DNA from: Cyanophora paradoxa CCMP329
Lineage: Eukaryota; Plantae; Glaucophyta
Assembly (NCBI GenBank): GCA_004431415.1
Contig: QPMI01000245.1
Location: 1 to 64,000, forward strand
Direction: 5' to 3'
Length of the DNA stretch: 64,000 nt
This document shows positions 47,153 to 56,713 of the stretch, one piece after another (position 1 is the stretch's first letter; each line of letters starts with the position of its first letter). Made by a program: the position numbers and the translations under genes. Under the pieces are notes generated by a model. It searched no databases. It saw only the letters and a list, made by a program, of their open reading frames with translations, and was not told the DNA's origin.

Positions 47153-48217
47153 CTACGGCACCGCGCGGCGGTCCGGCGGGCGGCGAGAGGACTGGCTGCT
47201 GCGAGGGCTGCGGCGGTCTCGCGGCGAGGCGCGGTCGCGCGAGCCCTTCTTCGAGCTCTTGCGCCGCTTATCGTCATGGCGGGGGCTCCGGCTCGGGCTC
47301 CGATCGCGCGAGCGTGAGCGGGAGCTAGAGCGGGACGGTGTTCGGCTCCGGCGGCGTTCCCGCGAGCCTCGGCGAGGACTCCGCCTGTCGCGGGTGTCGC
47401 GAGCCGTGGACCGTCGGCTCGGCGGGCTGCGGTCGCGGCGCGGCGGCGAGCGATCACGGCGGTCCGGGGAGCGGCGGCGGGAGGCCTCGCGGTCCGGCGG
47501 TCTGGCGAAGGGCGTCGGGAGCCCTCGCGATCGCGGCGTTCCATCGAACGCGGGACGGCGGCGGCGCCGGACGGCCGGCGGGGCTCCGGGGAGCGCTCGC
47601 GGCGCGTGGAGGGGCCCGCGTCTCGCGCCTGTCTGGGTGCGAGAGCGGCGACTGGACGGGCTCGGCGCGGCTCGGGTGAGCGGCGCTGAGACGAGGCCGA
47701 TCAGGGGTCCGGCGGGCTTGCGACGCGCGGCTGGCCGTCTCGTCCCGGCGGCTCGAGCTTGCCTCGGCCTGGCGGCTCGAGCTGGCGGCGGCATCAGGGT
47801 CCGAGAGGAAGTCTCAGCCGGCGGGGCTTGGTCTTGCGGGGCGCCCTCGGCGATCCGCTCGACCTTCACCTTCCCGTCCGAGATGGTGACGCGCATAGTC
47901 TTGGGGTCGTACCCCTGCTGCCGCGCGAGGAACGTATCCAGCCCGAACGGGTCGTCCGGGTCGGCCGGGGTTTGTGCGGGCTGCGCCTGGCCACCGCCGC
48001 GGTCGCCGCCACGGTCACGGTGGCCTCGGCCGTCGCGACCGCGGTGCCGGCCGCCCTCTGGTGACCCTGACCGCGGCCGCCGCGGCCGACGGCCTGGCCT
48101 GCGTTGCGCCGGGCTGCGCCTGCTGCGGCGCCGCCGGCGGCGCGGCGGTCTGCGCGGCGGCCTGCGCCGGCGCGGGCGCCGACGTGGTGGCGGAGGGCGC
48201 CGCCTCGGCGGGGTCAT
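47153..48217 (-). CDS. Retrotransposon ORF3 with Arg/Ser (RS)-repeat domain
   Basis: DPDDPFGLDTFLARQQGYDPKTMRVTISDGKVKVERI followed by RRRSPDRRDRSPPRRDRSP...SRSSSRSRSRDRSPSRSPR. Confidence 0.65.
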   Translation of the reverse strand: MTPPRRRPPPPRRRPRRRRPPRRPPRRRRRRSRRSPAQRRPGRRPRRPRSGSPEGGRHRGRDGRGHRDRGGDRGGGQAQPAQTPADPDDPFGLDTFLARQQGYDPKTMRVTISDGKVKVERIAEGAPQDQAPPAETSSRTLMPPPARAARPRQARAAGTRRPAARRKPAGPLIGLVSAPLTRAAPSPSSRRSRTQTGARRGPLHAPRALPGAPPAVRRRRRPAFDGTPRSRGLPTPFARPPDREASRRRSPDRRDRSPPRRDRSPPSRRSTARDTRDRRSPRRGSRERRRSRTPSRSSSRSRSRDRSPSRSPRHDDKRRKSSKKGSRDRASPRDRRSPRSSQSSRRPPDRRAVP

Positions 48218-51200
48218 CCGAGAGCCCGCCGACGATGGTGGAGGGCGGCTGGAACCGCACGCCCGCCCACGTCGCGCGAACCGCCCCCTCGTAGATCGGC
48301 TGGTACGGCGTGCGAACCAGGAGGCTTTCGGCTTCCTTATCGGCGACGGCCGTCGCGGTCAGACTGCGCCGGGCTGAGGGCGCGGCGCCCTTGTTCTGGA
48401 CCGCGTCCCACATCATCGCCGGGCGCAGCGCCTCAACGTCCCAGTCGGGAAGTTCAGGATCGTCCGTCTCCCAGTCGATCGGACGCGCGAGGCGGATCGC
48501 GACGTTCAGATCAGCGTAGAGCGAACGGAGCATAGTCTCGAACTGAGGCCGCAGGGGAATAGCCTCATCGGTAAAGATGAGCCCCAGCGGAAAGTTCCCG
48601 GGACAGTTTTCTAGCTCCTCGGCGGCGCGGGCGGCCTCAAGGTGGCGCTGTATCCCACTCTTGCCCCCGGCGCCAAGGTCATCGCCAGAGGGCCACGCGT
48701 CCTCGGCGCCGGCCATCGGGGGCGAGCCGAGCTCAAGGCGCTGGTACCCAAGGCCGTGCGGCATGTTCGCGAGGTACGCGCGGATGCCGTCCGCCAGCGC
48801 GCGGGCCTCGGACTCGGCGCACTCATCCCTCGTCATAGTGCGCAGGAGGGCCCTGAAGACCTCGGCCACGTTCTGGGGCATGGCGGCGTTCAGGGGCGCG
48901 CAGTTGTCCGCGCGCTGCGCGAGCAGCGGGATGCGGGGATACTGGAAGCCCTGGAGCATTGCGAGCAGGATCCGCCCACAGATCGCTGCGCGACCCTCGT
49001 GGTCCGGCACGACCGCATTGTTCGGGCCGAACTTCCACGCGAGCGTGGGGTGGCCGTCCGGATACGTCGGCCTCGCATCCGCGTCGAAGACCTTCTTGCC
49101 CTGAGGCAAGACGTCCGACCCGCGGTCCGGCTTGGCCGTCGGCTTAGTCAGGAAGGCCTCGTGAATGAACACCATCAGACCGTCCGGCACCACACAGCGG
49201 AACGAGTTCAACACCTTGTTGAAGTCATCCATGTGTTCGGCGACCGCCTGAGCGATCTCAGGGACGTAGTCAGCCGGGCGTTCCGACTCGACGTCCATGG
49301 CCGCAGCCGACAGAAAGTCGTCAGCCCAGTGCTGGCTGCGGAGGTGCTTGCCCGGCGCGTGGCGCTGGAAGAAGCGCGCGTGCCAGGCCAGCGTGAAACC
49401 GATGGCCGTCGCAAGGACTTCCTCTTCCGCCGGGATCGGCGCCCAAGGGCACGTCTCCGGAGGTGAGTTCGGGAAAGGCGGCAGCTCGTAACCGAACGCG
49501 GTGACGAGCCGCGGGTTCGCGTGACTCTTCTTGGGCTGGCTAGCCAGCTGGGCGACTGTCACCGCGAGCCACAGCTTCTTGTTTTCGCGCTGGCGCGGCG
49601 CGCCCTCTGCGACATCCTTGTCGCAGGCGGCGTTCGGCGCAGGCGTGGCCGTGCCGGTCACGAGACGAGGCGCGTAGATACGCCGCGTCTTCAGGCGACC
49701 CTCAACGTTCTCGACGCGCTTGTCAGCGAGCGGGCGCAGCAGGGCCAGCACGGCGACGTCGCGCGCGAAGCGGGTCGAGAATGGCGTCCTGGCGTCCTCC
49801 TCGTTCGGGTCGGCAATGTTACCGCCCAAGACTGAGGTGTGCAGGGTGGGGCGCTCGGGGTGCGGCATGTACGGCGGCGGGGCGTTCCGCGCGCCGCCAC
49901 CTTCGTGGAAGAAGGCGGTATACAGCACCCGCGAGACCTGGCCTAGGGTCGAACACACGGGCACGTGGGCAGTGCCCTCGTGCGTGAGATCCCAGGCGCC
50001 CGCATACGTCGGGACGGCAGACTGTGCGGTACGGGTCCCGACCGCGAGGTACTGCACGATGTCCAAGCTGACGCCGCAGGCAGCGTGCGGGAACGCAAGC
50101 CCCTGCAGGTCGAAGAGTTCCGGGTCCTCGTCGAACGGCCGCTGAGGCGGGCCTACGAGCGAGAACCAGTTCACTATGCCGCGCGCGGCGGGGCCGACGC
50201 GCTTAAGCATAGTCGAGCACAGCTCGCCCATGTGCTGGTCCTGCAGCGCGAGCACGTCGATGTTGTACTCGTCAACGTTGCCGGCGTGCTGCCAGCGCAG
50301 GGGGTAGCTGATCGCGGGCAGCGTCGCCCACTCAGTGAACCCTGGCTCATAGCATTCCAGGGGCCGGAAAAACGCGTGTTTCCGGTCCATATACTCGCGC
50401 AAGAGCTTGTAATCGTTGGCGTACGTCGGGTCCGCCAACGAGAACAACGGCCGCGGCTGCCAGTCCTTGTGCGGCTCGAACGGCACGTGGGCCGCCGCGG
50501 GGATGGCAGCCGGCGCTTCTTCCTCCTCGCCCTCTTCCTCTTCACTCTCGACATGATCAATGTCGAGAGGATCGAGGCGGGGCTCGGGCTCTGTGTCAGC
50601 GCCGTGGCTGCTCACGAGCGCGTCGTCGAACGTGAAAGACTGCTTCGCGGCGTGACGCTCGAGGGCGTGCAAAACCCTCTCCTGGAAGGCCGCGCGCTGG
50701 GCGGTCAGGGCCAAGCCCCGGTGCGGGTCGCTCTCGGCGGCTTCCTCCTGCGCACGCGTCCCTAGCCGCAGGTGGCGGCGTAGCCAGCGGACCCCGTGCG
50801 GGAACTCTAGGCCAGCGCGGTCTGCGGATGGGACAGTTGCCCCGGCCGCCTCGGCACGGAACATGGTATGAGCACGCAGGAGATGCTGCGCCCACGCCGG
50901 CGGAATGACGGCCGAGTTCGGGTTGAAGCGGCCCCCGTGAGTCCACCGCGGGAGGCGCGTGGTGGGGATCGCCCAACGCATAGTCAGGAAATGCTCCAAC
51001 TGCTGCTCCGTCCACTCATGCAAGTGGAACGGAAGGTCGTTGGAGTGGGGCGTGACCGGGGCACGGAGGCCCAGCGCGATCATGAAGAGCTCAAACGCGG
51101 CCGCGTTCAGCCGCGCGAGGCGGATAGTGCGCTCGGCCCTAAGTGCAACGCGTCCCGCCGGCGGCACCTCGTGCGGCACCGGCGGGCCGTCGAGGCGGCT

Positions 51201-51644
51201 CTGAATGGGCGTGCCCTTCTCGCCCGTGAGGAACGCCTTGAGGTGCGGGACCCGCAGATCAGCAAGGGTGCCCTTCAGCGCCTCATAGGGGATGTTCCAG
51301 CGGCGGGCAAGTTCCGCCCGGGCCGTCATCGGCCAGTCGGCAACTTGCCTCCCCTCGCAGAGCTGCGGAGGGCAATGCGGCACCGCGAGGAGGCCGTCTT
51401 CCTCCTCACCCTGCCCCCGGCGGGCGCTGCGGGTTCGAGGCCCCTGCGAGCCACGCCCGCGGGTGCTGACGCGCACGACCCCGTCCCCGCGGCCACGCTC
51501 GCCGCGACGGGCGGTCTGCCGGGGGCCGGTGCCGTCGCGCGCGCGAGATCGAGCGGCGGCTCGCTCAGGCGGGCTCCACAGGCGCGGGTGCAGGGGCAGG
51601 CGGCGTCGGCGCGGCGGCGGGGCGCGGCGCCAGTGGGCTCGCAA
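48015..51644 (-). CDS. Retrotransposon ORF2, about 1,100-1,200 aa, unknown function
   Basis: Long uninterrupted ORF with globular-protein composition and an acidic patch (ESEEEEGEEEE); no recognisable motif. Confidence 0.8.
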   Translation of the reverse strand: MRAHWRRAPPPRRRRLPLHPRLWSPPERAAARSRARDGTGPRQTARRGERGRGDGVVRVSTRGRGSQGPRTRSARRGQGEEEDGLLAVPHCPPQLCEGRQVADWPMTARAELARRWNIPYEALKGTLADLRVPHLKAFLTGEKGTPIQSRLDGPPVPHEVPPAGRVALRAERTIRLARLNAAAFELFMIALGLRAPVTPHSNDLPFHLHEWTEQQLEHFLTMRWAIPTTRLPRWTHGGRFNPNSAVIPPAWAQHLLRAHTMFRAEAAGATVPSADRAGLEFPHGVRWLRRHLRLGTRAQEEAAESDPHRGLALTAQRAAFQERVLHALERHAAKQSFTFDDALVSSHGADTEPEPRLDPLDIDHVESEEEEGEEEEAPAAIPAAAHVPFEPHKDWQPRPLFSLADPTYANDYKLLREYMDRKHAFFRPLECYEPGFTEWATLPAISYPLRWQHAGNVDEYNIDVLALQDQHMGELCSTMLKRVGPAARGIVNWFSLVGPPQRPFDEDPELFDLQGLAFPHAACGVSLDIVQYLAVGTRTAQSAVPTYAGAWDLTHEGTAHVPVCSTLGQVSRVLYTAFFHEGGGARNAPPPYMPHPERPTLHTSVLGGNIADPNEEDARTPFSTRFARDVAVLALLRPLADKRVENVEGRLKTRRIYAPRLVTGTATPAPNAACDKDVAEGAPRQRENKKLWLAVTVAQLASQPKKSHANPRLVTAFGYELPPFPNSPPETCPWAPIPAEEEVLATAIGFTLAWHARFFQRHAPGKHLRSQHWADDFLSAAAMDVESERPADYVPEIAQAVAEHMDDFNKVLNSFRCVVPDGLMVFIHEAFLTKPTAKPDRGSDVLPQGKKVFDADARPTYPDGHPTLAWKFGPNNAVVPDHEGRAAICGRILLAMLQGFQYPRIPLLAQRADNCAPLNAAMPQNVAEVFRALLRTMTRDECAESEARALADGIRAYLANMPHGLGYQRLELGSPPMAGAEDAWPSGDDLGAGGKSGIQRHLEAARAAEELENCPGNFPLGLIFTDEAIPLRPQFETMLRSLYADLNVAIRLARPIDWETDDPELPDWDVEALRPAMMWDAVQNKGAAPSARRSLTATAVADKEAESLLVRTPYQPIYEGAVRATWAGVRFQPPSTIVGGLSDDPAEAAPSATTSAPAPAQAAAQTAAPPAAPQQAQPGATQARPSAAAAAVRVTRGRPAPRSRRPRPP

Positions 51645-54600
51645 GCGGCGGCCATGTCACCGCGGCATGCAAGGTCACGAGCTTCGCCGTCGGTGCAGGC
51701 GGCGGGACAGGAGCGGGCGCTGGCCGGGCGGACCGCATCGGCGCTGGCGTGTCCCTTGGCGAGGGCACTTTCACGGGCGGGCGCGGCGGCGGGCAGGCCT
51801 TAGCCTCCCTGATCGTCGCGCTGACGGCCTTCGCCGTGTAGGCGCCCGTCGTGTCCGACGCCGGCTTCGGCGTGGTGGGCAGGTCGTGGAGCGGAGTGGG
51901 GGTGCGGCTGCCCGCGTCCGTGCGCCACTTCTCCACGAGCGCAATCATGTCCTTGACCGCCTCGTCATTGAAACCGGCCTGCTTCTTCAGCAGCCGCCGG
52001 AATAAAATGACGAGGTGGGCCCGGTCGCCTGCCTGGGCCCCCTCGATGTACCGGAGCAGCTCCGCGGCCCCGGCGGAGCCGGGGACCGTGCGGGCCCAGG
52101 CTGCATCGCACAGGGCGGTGAGTGGCGGGCTCGGGCCGAGCTGGCTCAGCACGTAGAGCTCCTCTGGCACGATCGTGGGCAGCTGCCCGCCTCGCGTCGT
52201 GCCGTGCAGGGGCAGCTGCGTGGAGCGCGTGATCGGGCGCACGCGGCCGACCCTCCACGTGCTAGGCTCCGTCCCCTGCAGGTGCGGCCCATGCAGCCAG
52301 GCATTGCACAAGGGCAGGTCCCGGAGGTGCAGCACGCGGGCGGCGGCGACGCGGGGGTCCACCGGAACGCGCTCCACCGCGCAGGGCTCGCCCTCGTGCA
52401 CGAACGGAAAGGCGGGGGCACGGCCGTCGCGGTACGCAGTCAGGCGCTCCGCGAGCGCTGCCCTCAGCCACCCCTCGGTGTCCCGATCCGAGCGGAGCCG
52501 CGCCCGCCCCGGGATCGGAATCTCGACGGAGAGAGCGAGGACGGCGAGCGAGTGTACAGCCGCCGTGAACTCCGAGTCCGAGGGGACGAGAAGGTCCCCG
52601 TCGGCCGGGGCGACGGCGCTCTTGTGGGCGTCGTGGGGACCGGCGCGGCCGCCAATGCAAGCCACGGCCCTCCACTGGATCGCGTGCTCGAGGGCTAGCA
52701 GGGCGAAGCCGTAGGCGTCGACCCGCGAGTCCACCATGAGCGGCTCGGCGAACTTAAAGAAGCGGCCGAGGATCTTCTCGACGGCGCCGGCGGTGCCCGG
52801 GGCACCGTAGTCGACGCGGTGCAGGTAATAGCCCGCAACGGTCGCGGCGCACGCGAGGCGGAGGCGGTCCTGAGCCGGCAGCAGCTCGCTCAGCTCGACC
52901 AGCTGGCGGCGGCCCGACACCGTCATCTCGTGCGGCTCGAGAGAGGCCGCCGCGGGTGAGTGCTGGCCTATGCTCCAGTGGCGGCGGTACGGATCCAGCC
53001 AGCCGGCGGTGGCCACGCACTCGTCCCCAAGCTTCGCGAGCTTGTGAACGTCGGGCTCGACGGCAGGGCGGCCCTCGGACGTGAGGCCCTCGGCGTGCGG
53101 CCACGCGTGGCCCCCGGACCACTTCGCGGCGACGCGAGAGGCCTGGTGCGTGAGGCTCATGATCTCATAATAGTGCGTCGGCCAGGCGTGGGCCAGCGTG
53201 TCCTGGGACAGCGGGTCATGCCCCAGCATCTGCAGGAACGCAGTGGGGAGGGCCCGCGAGTCGAGGTACGTGCTCTCGGTGGCGAGCGGCTGAGAGAACG
53301 CCGCAAGCAAGAAGGAGAGCGTCTGGCGGGTGCGGGCCGGGCAGCGGAACGCAGTGGCATACCACTGCTCGTCCCGGACCTCGATCAGCCCCTCGCTCAC
53401 AGTGCAGCCGCAGTGAGTCTCGCACGGCGCTGGGTACAGGAACGCCGCGCGGTCGAGCGGGACCGACGCGGCGCCCTTCAGCTTGTGCGCGTCCACGTTC
53501 CAGAGAGGAACGGGCCCCAGCTCGTGCTCGCGGCCCTTCTCCGGGCCGAGCTCGACAGCTCCAAAGTGAGTGAGGTCGAGGCCGGAGCTAGCGGCGAGGA
53601 GGCGAGCGCGGTTGAGGCGCAGGGTCTCCTTGGCCGCTACGGCCATGTCCTCGTCAGCTAGCGAGGCACCATCGTCGGTCACCTCGAGGCTCGCCACGGT
53701 CTCGGCCCCCGAAGAGTACTCCAGGCAGCAGCCCACGCCGGCGGCAGGGTCCGCCGGAGCCTCAGCGGCGGTGGCCTCGGGGACCGACTCGGCGGGAGCG
53801 AGCTCCGTCGCAGGCTCGGGACCCTTCGCTTCTGCGTCAGCGCCCTCGACCTCCGTTGGGTCCGGGGCGGCCGCCAAGAGGAGTGCGACCTCCTCAAGGG
53901 CGGCGTCCACGATGCCGGCGGCGAGCTCGGCGGGGCTAGAAGTCGGCGCGGGCGTCGGCGCGGGACCCTTCGCTTCTGCGTCAGCGCCCTCGACCTCCGT
54001 TGGGTCCGGGGCGGCCGCCAAGAGGAGTGCGATTTCCTCAAGGGCGGCGTCCACTGCGTCGAACGCGACCTTCTTCTCCCCCTCGTCCAGACCCGACTCC
54101 GGGCGGGTCGGCAATAGATCCTGCGCCGCGCGCGGGGCCGGCTCCTCGAGCTCGGGGCCCGGGGGGCACAGGTCGGGGCGGTTCTCCGCCGTCAGCTGCG
54201 CCACCGCGACCGTGAAGGCGGTGGCTGCGGCGGCGACCGTGTCGAGCGCGGGTCCCTCCTGGGGGTTCTTCAGCGCGGCGGCGTTTGCCACGGCGGCCGC
54301 GATGAAGACCCGCAGGGTGTCCTCCAGGGTCGCCTCGTCGCTGCGCACGATGCGCACACGGTACACGTGCTTCGCACTCCGGAGCTCGGCCGGGGAGGGC
54401 GCAGCGACGGGGCCAGACCCCGTGTGGGCTAGCGGTGCCCCCAGGAGGGCGCCCGACGCTGCAGGTGCAGCGCGGACGACCTGCTCAAGGAGGGCGCGCG
54501 CGATCTGAATCGTCGCGGGGTCGTTGGCGCCGGCCTGCCCCCCCGTCTGCTCGGCGAGGGCGCGGCGAACGGAGGCCTGGATCTGCTCTTCAACCGCGGG

Positions 54601-56172
54601 GCAGGCCGACGCGCGGTGGCCAGGCTTCCCGCAGTTGTAGCAGTTGCCGTTGATGGGGCCGGTGCCCGGGGGACCGGGGCTCGTGCGCCCGTTCGCGCCC
54701 GGGGCGGGGTAGAACCGGCGCTTGGGATCGCCGGCTCCCGCGCCCATCGGCCCGCGGCGCTTAGTCGGGCTGATCGCCGACCACTCGGGCAAGGGCCGCG
54801 GGTTGGTCCGGCACTCAAACGAGTAGTGCGATTCGCCGCAGTGGCACGGCCGCCGGGGCTTCTCGGGGAGGCCCCGGGCCTTCAGAAAATCTTTGATCTT
54901 TTGCTGATAGACCGGGTCATCGAGGCGAGGCGGCGGTGCGGACGCCGACGGGTAGAGCGCGCGGACTACGGCGAGGGGCTCGTCCTGAGCAATGAGCTGC
55001 AGGAACAAGACGACCTCGGCGTTCTGATCCTCGCCGTCGTCTGCGTCCCACCCGTGGGCCTCGAGCTCTGCGAGCTCGGCCTCCGTCACCGTCGTCGCGA
55101 ACATGATGCGCGTGCCCGCGCCGGCGCCCGCGTTCGAGCGCGAGGGGACAACGGGAACGGCCGGCGTGTGCGTGGTCGGCGGCGCGCTCTGCGGCGTGCG
55201 CGAGGCAGCCGTGGGCGCCTGCAGCGGTGTTCCGCGCGCTCCCAGCACCAAGGCCGAGCCAGGGACTTTAGAGATATCGACGTCCCAGGCGCCCAGTTCA
55301 TTGGTGCGCTTGGTTACAAGGTCGATGACCGCAGAGGGTCCCGTGATCTCGCGGTCCGCGATCTTCTGCGACAGCTCGTCGTAGATCTTCCGAGCCGTGG
55401 CGAAGTTCGTGATCATGTGCCGGCGATCGGTGTCCGAAATCTCGGAGTCTTCGAAGTCGCGGCACTGATTGCGAGTGCGGCGCTTGAGCATTTGGCCCGC
55501 GTGGCGCATGAGTGCCATGAGCGGCGTCTCGTGCGCTTCGCGGCACTCCGGGATGATGCTCAAGTCGAGGATTCGGCGGTAGAACGCCTCCGGCGCCTCG
55601 CCCACGTGCGGCAGGTCGAGGAGCGCCTTGTACCGGTCAGGGTTCCGCATCTCGGCGTCATCTTCGAGACGGCGCCTGATCGCGGTGTACGTGACCGTGA
55701 GGGCGGTCCGCTGCAAGCCCTCCTCGGCTTGCGCGATCTTCTCGTCGAGCGTCTCAAGGATCGCGACGTCCCACGAGTCCTCCGTGCTCGTGCGCGCGCG
55801 CTCAGCCCGGTACGCCCTCAGCTTCTCGAGCTCGCGCGTGTCGATCTGCTCGGCGCTCTGGAACAACGAGATGTTCTGGCGCACGGGGTGCCCGTGATCT
55901 AGCGTGCTGAGAAGAGCCCACCCAGTTCGCTTCTGCACTTCGATGTGTGCAGTCGGCGAGACACTAAGCAAGTCCTTGCTCATGCTCGCGCAGCTCTCGA
56001 ACTGGCGGAGGTGGTCCTGAACCGTGCGCTGATCGCTGCCCGGCGGCAGCTTCGGCAGGCTCTGGATCCATTGCAAAACATTTGATCCGCTCATAGAGTC
56101 CATGTCGGCGGCGCCACGCGCGTGCGCGGCCCGGACGACGAACTCCGCGGAGGCTCCGGTCCCCGAGGACAT
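51565..56172 (-). CDS. gag: Retrotransposon ORF1: Gag with zinc knuckles plus about 1,000-aa unknown extension
   Basis: First ORF after the 5' LTR; helical capsid-like N-terminus (DHLRQFESCA..., GEAPEAFYRRI), CHCGESHYSFEC and canonical CYNCGKPGHRASAC. Confidence 0.85.
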   Translation of the reverse strand: MSSGTGASAEFVVRAAHARGAADMDSMSGSNVLQWIQSLPKLPPGSDQRTVQDHLRQFESCASMSKDLLSVSPTAHIEVQKRTGWALLSTLDHGHPVRQNISLFQSAEQIDTRELEKLRAYRAERARTSTEDSWDVAILETLDEKIAQAEEGLQRTALTVTYTAIRRRLEDDAEMRNPDRYKALLDLPHVGEAPEAFYRRILDLSIIPECREAHETPLMALMRHAGQMLKRRTRNQCRDFEDSEISDTDRRHMITNFATARKIYDELSQKIADREITGPSAVIDLVTKRTNELGAWDVDISKVPGSALVLGARGTPLQAPTAASRTPQSAPPTTHTPAVPVVPSRSNAGAGAGTRIMFATTVTEAELAELEAHGWDADDGEDQNAEVVLFLQLIAQDEPLAVVRALYPSASAPPPRLDDPVYQQKIKDFLKARGLPEKPRRPCHCGESHYSFECRTNPRPLPEWSAISPTKRRGPMGAGAGDPKRRFYPAPGANGRTSPGPPGTGPINGNCYNCGKPGHRASACPAVEEQIQASVRRALAEQTGGQAGANDPATIQIARALLEQVVRAAPAASGALLGAPLAHTGSGPVAAPSPAELRSAKHVYRVRIVRSDEATLEDTLRVFIAAAVANAAALKNPQEGPALDTVAAAATAFTVAVAQLTAENRPDLCPPGPELEEPAPRAAQDLLPTRPESGLDEGEKKVAFDAVDAALEEIALLLAAAPDPTEVEGADAEAKGPAPTPAPTSSPAELAAGIVDAALEEVALLLAAAPDPTEVEGADAEAKGPEPATELAPAESVPEATAAEAPADPAAGVGCCLEYSSGAETVASLEVTDDGASLADEDMAVAAKETLRLNRARLLAASSGLDLTHFGAVELGPEKGREHELGPVPLWNVDAHKLKGAASVPLDRAAFLYPAPCETHCGCTVSEGLIEVRDEQWYATAFRCPARTRQTLSFLLAAFSQPLATESTYLDSRALPTAFLQMLGHDPLSQDTLAHAWPTHYYEIMSLTHQASRVAAKWSGGHAWPHAEGLTSEGRPAVEPDVHKLAKLGDECVATAGWLDPYRRHWSIGQHSPAAASLEPHEMTVSGRRQLVELSELLPAQDRLRLACAATVAGYYLHRVDYGAPGTAGAVEKILGRFFKFAEPLMVDSRVDAYGFALLALEHAIQWRAVACIGGRAGPHDAHKSAVAPADGDLLVPSDSEFTAAVHSLAVLALSVEIPIPGRARLRSDRDTEGWLRAALAERLTAYRDGRAPAFPFVHEGEPCAVERVPVDPRVAAARVLHLRDLPLCNAWLHGPHLQGTEPSTWRVGRVRPITRSTQLPLHGTTRGGQLPTIVPEELYVLSQLGPSPPLTALCDAAWARTVPGSAGAAELLRYIEGAQAGDRAHLVILFRRLLKKQAGFNDEAVKDMIALVEKWRTDAGSRTPTPLHDLPTTPKPASDTTGAYTAKAVSATIREAKACPPPRPPVKVPSPRDTPAPMRSARPAPAPVPPPAPTAKLVTLHAAVTWPPLASPLAPRPAAAPTPPAPAPAPVEPA
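53818..54054. repeat. In-frame about 93-bp direct duplication (period 144 bp) in ORF1
   Basis: VDAALEE(I/V)ALLLAAAPDPTEVEGADAEAKGP occurs twice with near-identical DNA. Confidence 0.9.
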
Positions 56173-56400
56173 TCTCAGGTCAAGCGGCGACGTAAAGTCA
56201 CGCTAGTCCGTGAGAGAATGTGCCTCGCTCGAGGTCCGAGGCCGTCGTGGTCCACAGCAGCGGCGAGCAAGCTCGGCTGCAGCGATTCTGGAGACAGCTC
56301 GGGCGCGCACGCCTCAGCCGTCGATCCGATCGCTCTTCGTCTTGTCCAGCACGATCGCAGCAGCCGGAGAAGGCTGGCGTCGCGGCGAGTGACTGGCGAC

Positions 56401-56483
56401 CGACCGGGAATAGCACCCTCGGGCTCGCACGGCAGCTCGCGCAGGCGGCGTCGACGAATCCGACCGGGAATAGCACCCTCGGG
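56401..56483. repeat. 23-bp direct repeat in retrotransposon 5' leader
   Basis: cgaccgggaatagcaccctcggg at 56401 and 56461. Confidence 0.9.
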
Positions 56484-56702
56484 TATTCGCGCGCGGGCCT
56501 GGCTTCCACGGGACTAAGTTCTGGTTCTTTCCAGAATGTTCGGTCGCCAACTGCGGATCAGCCCGGAGCGGCGCAGGCGGGGCGCGAGAAGCGACCCACG
56601 ACCTCTACCGAGGTCTACCTGCGCGCCGGCTGAGCCGCGGTCGCCGAGCTGGGTCGGTTGCTGATGACGGGTCGCTGATGATCGGGGTTCTAGCTCCGTG
56701 AG

Positions 56703-56713
56703 CCGATGGCGCC
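56703..56713 (-). promoter_or_regulatory. Candidate primer-binding site (GGCGCCATCGG), lacking the usual leading T
   Basis: Directly abuts the 5' LTR and resembles a TGGCGCC-type PBS. Confidence 0.45.

Noticed and set aside
44700-51700. Ogre-like spliceosomal introns joining the retrotransposon ORFs
   Set aside because: No host-type C-rich donor/branch/acceptor structure at the junctions; the ORFs overlap directly and the pro/pol junction has a clear frameshift signal.
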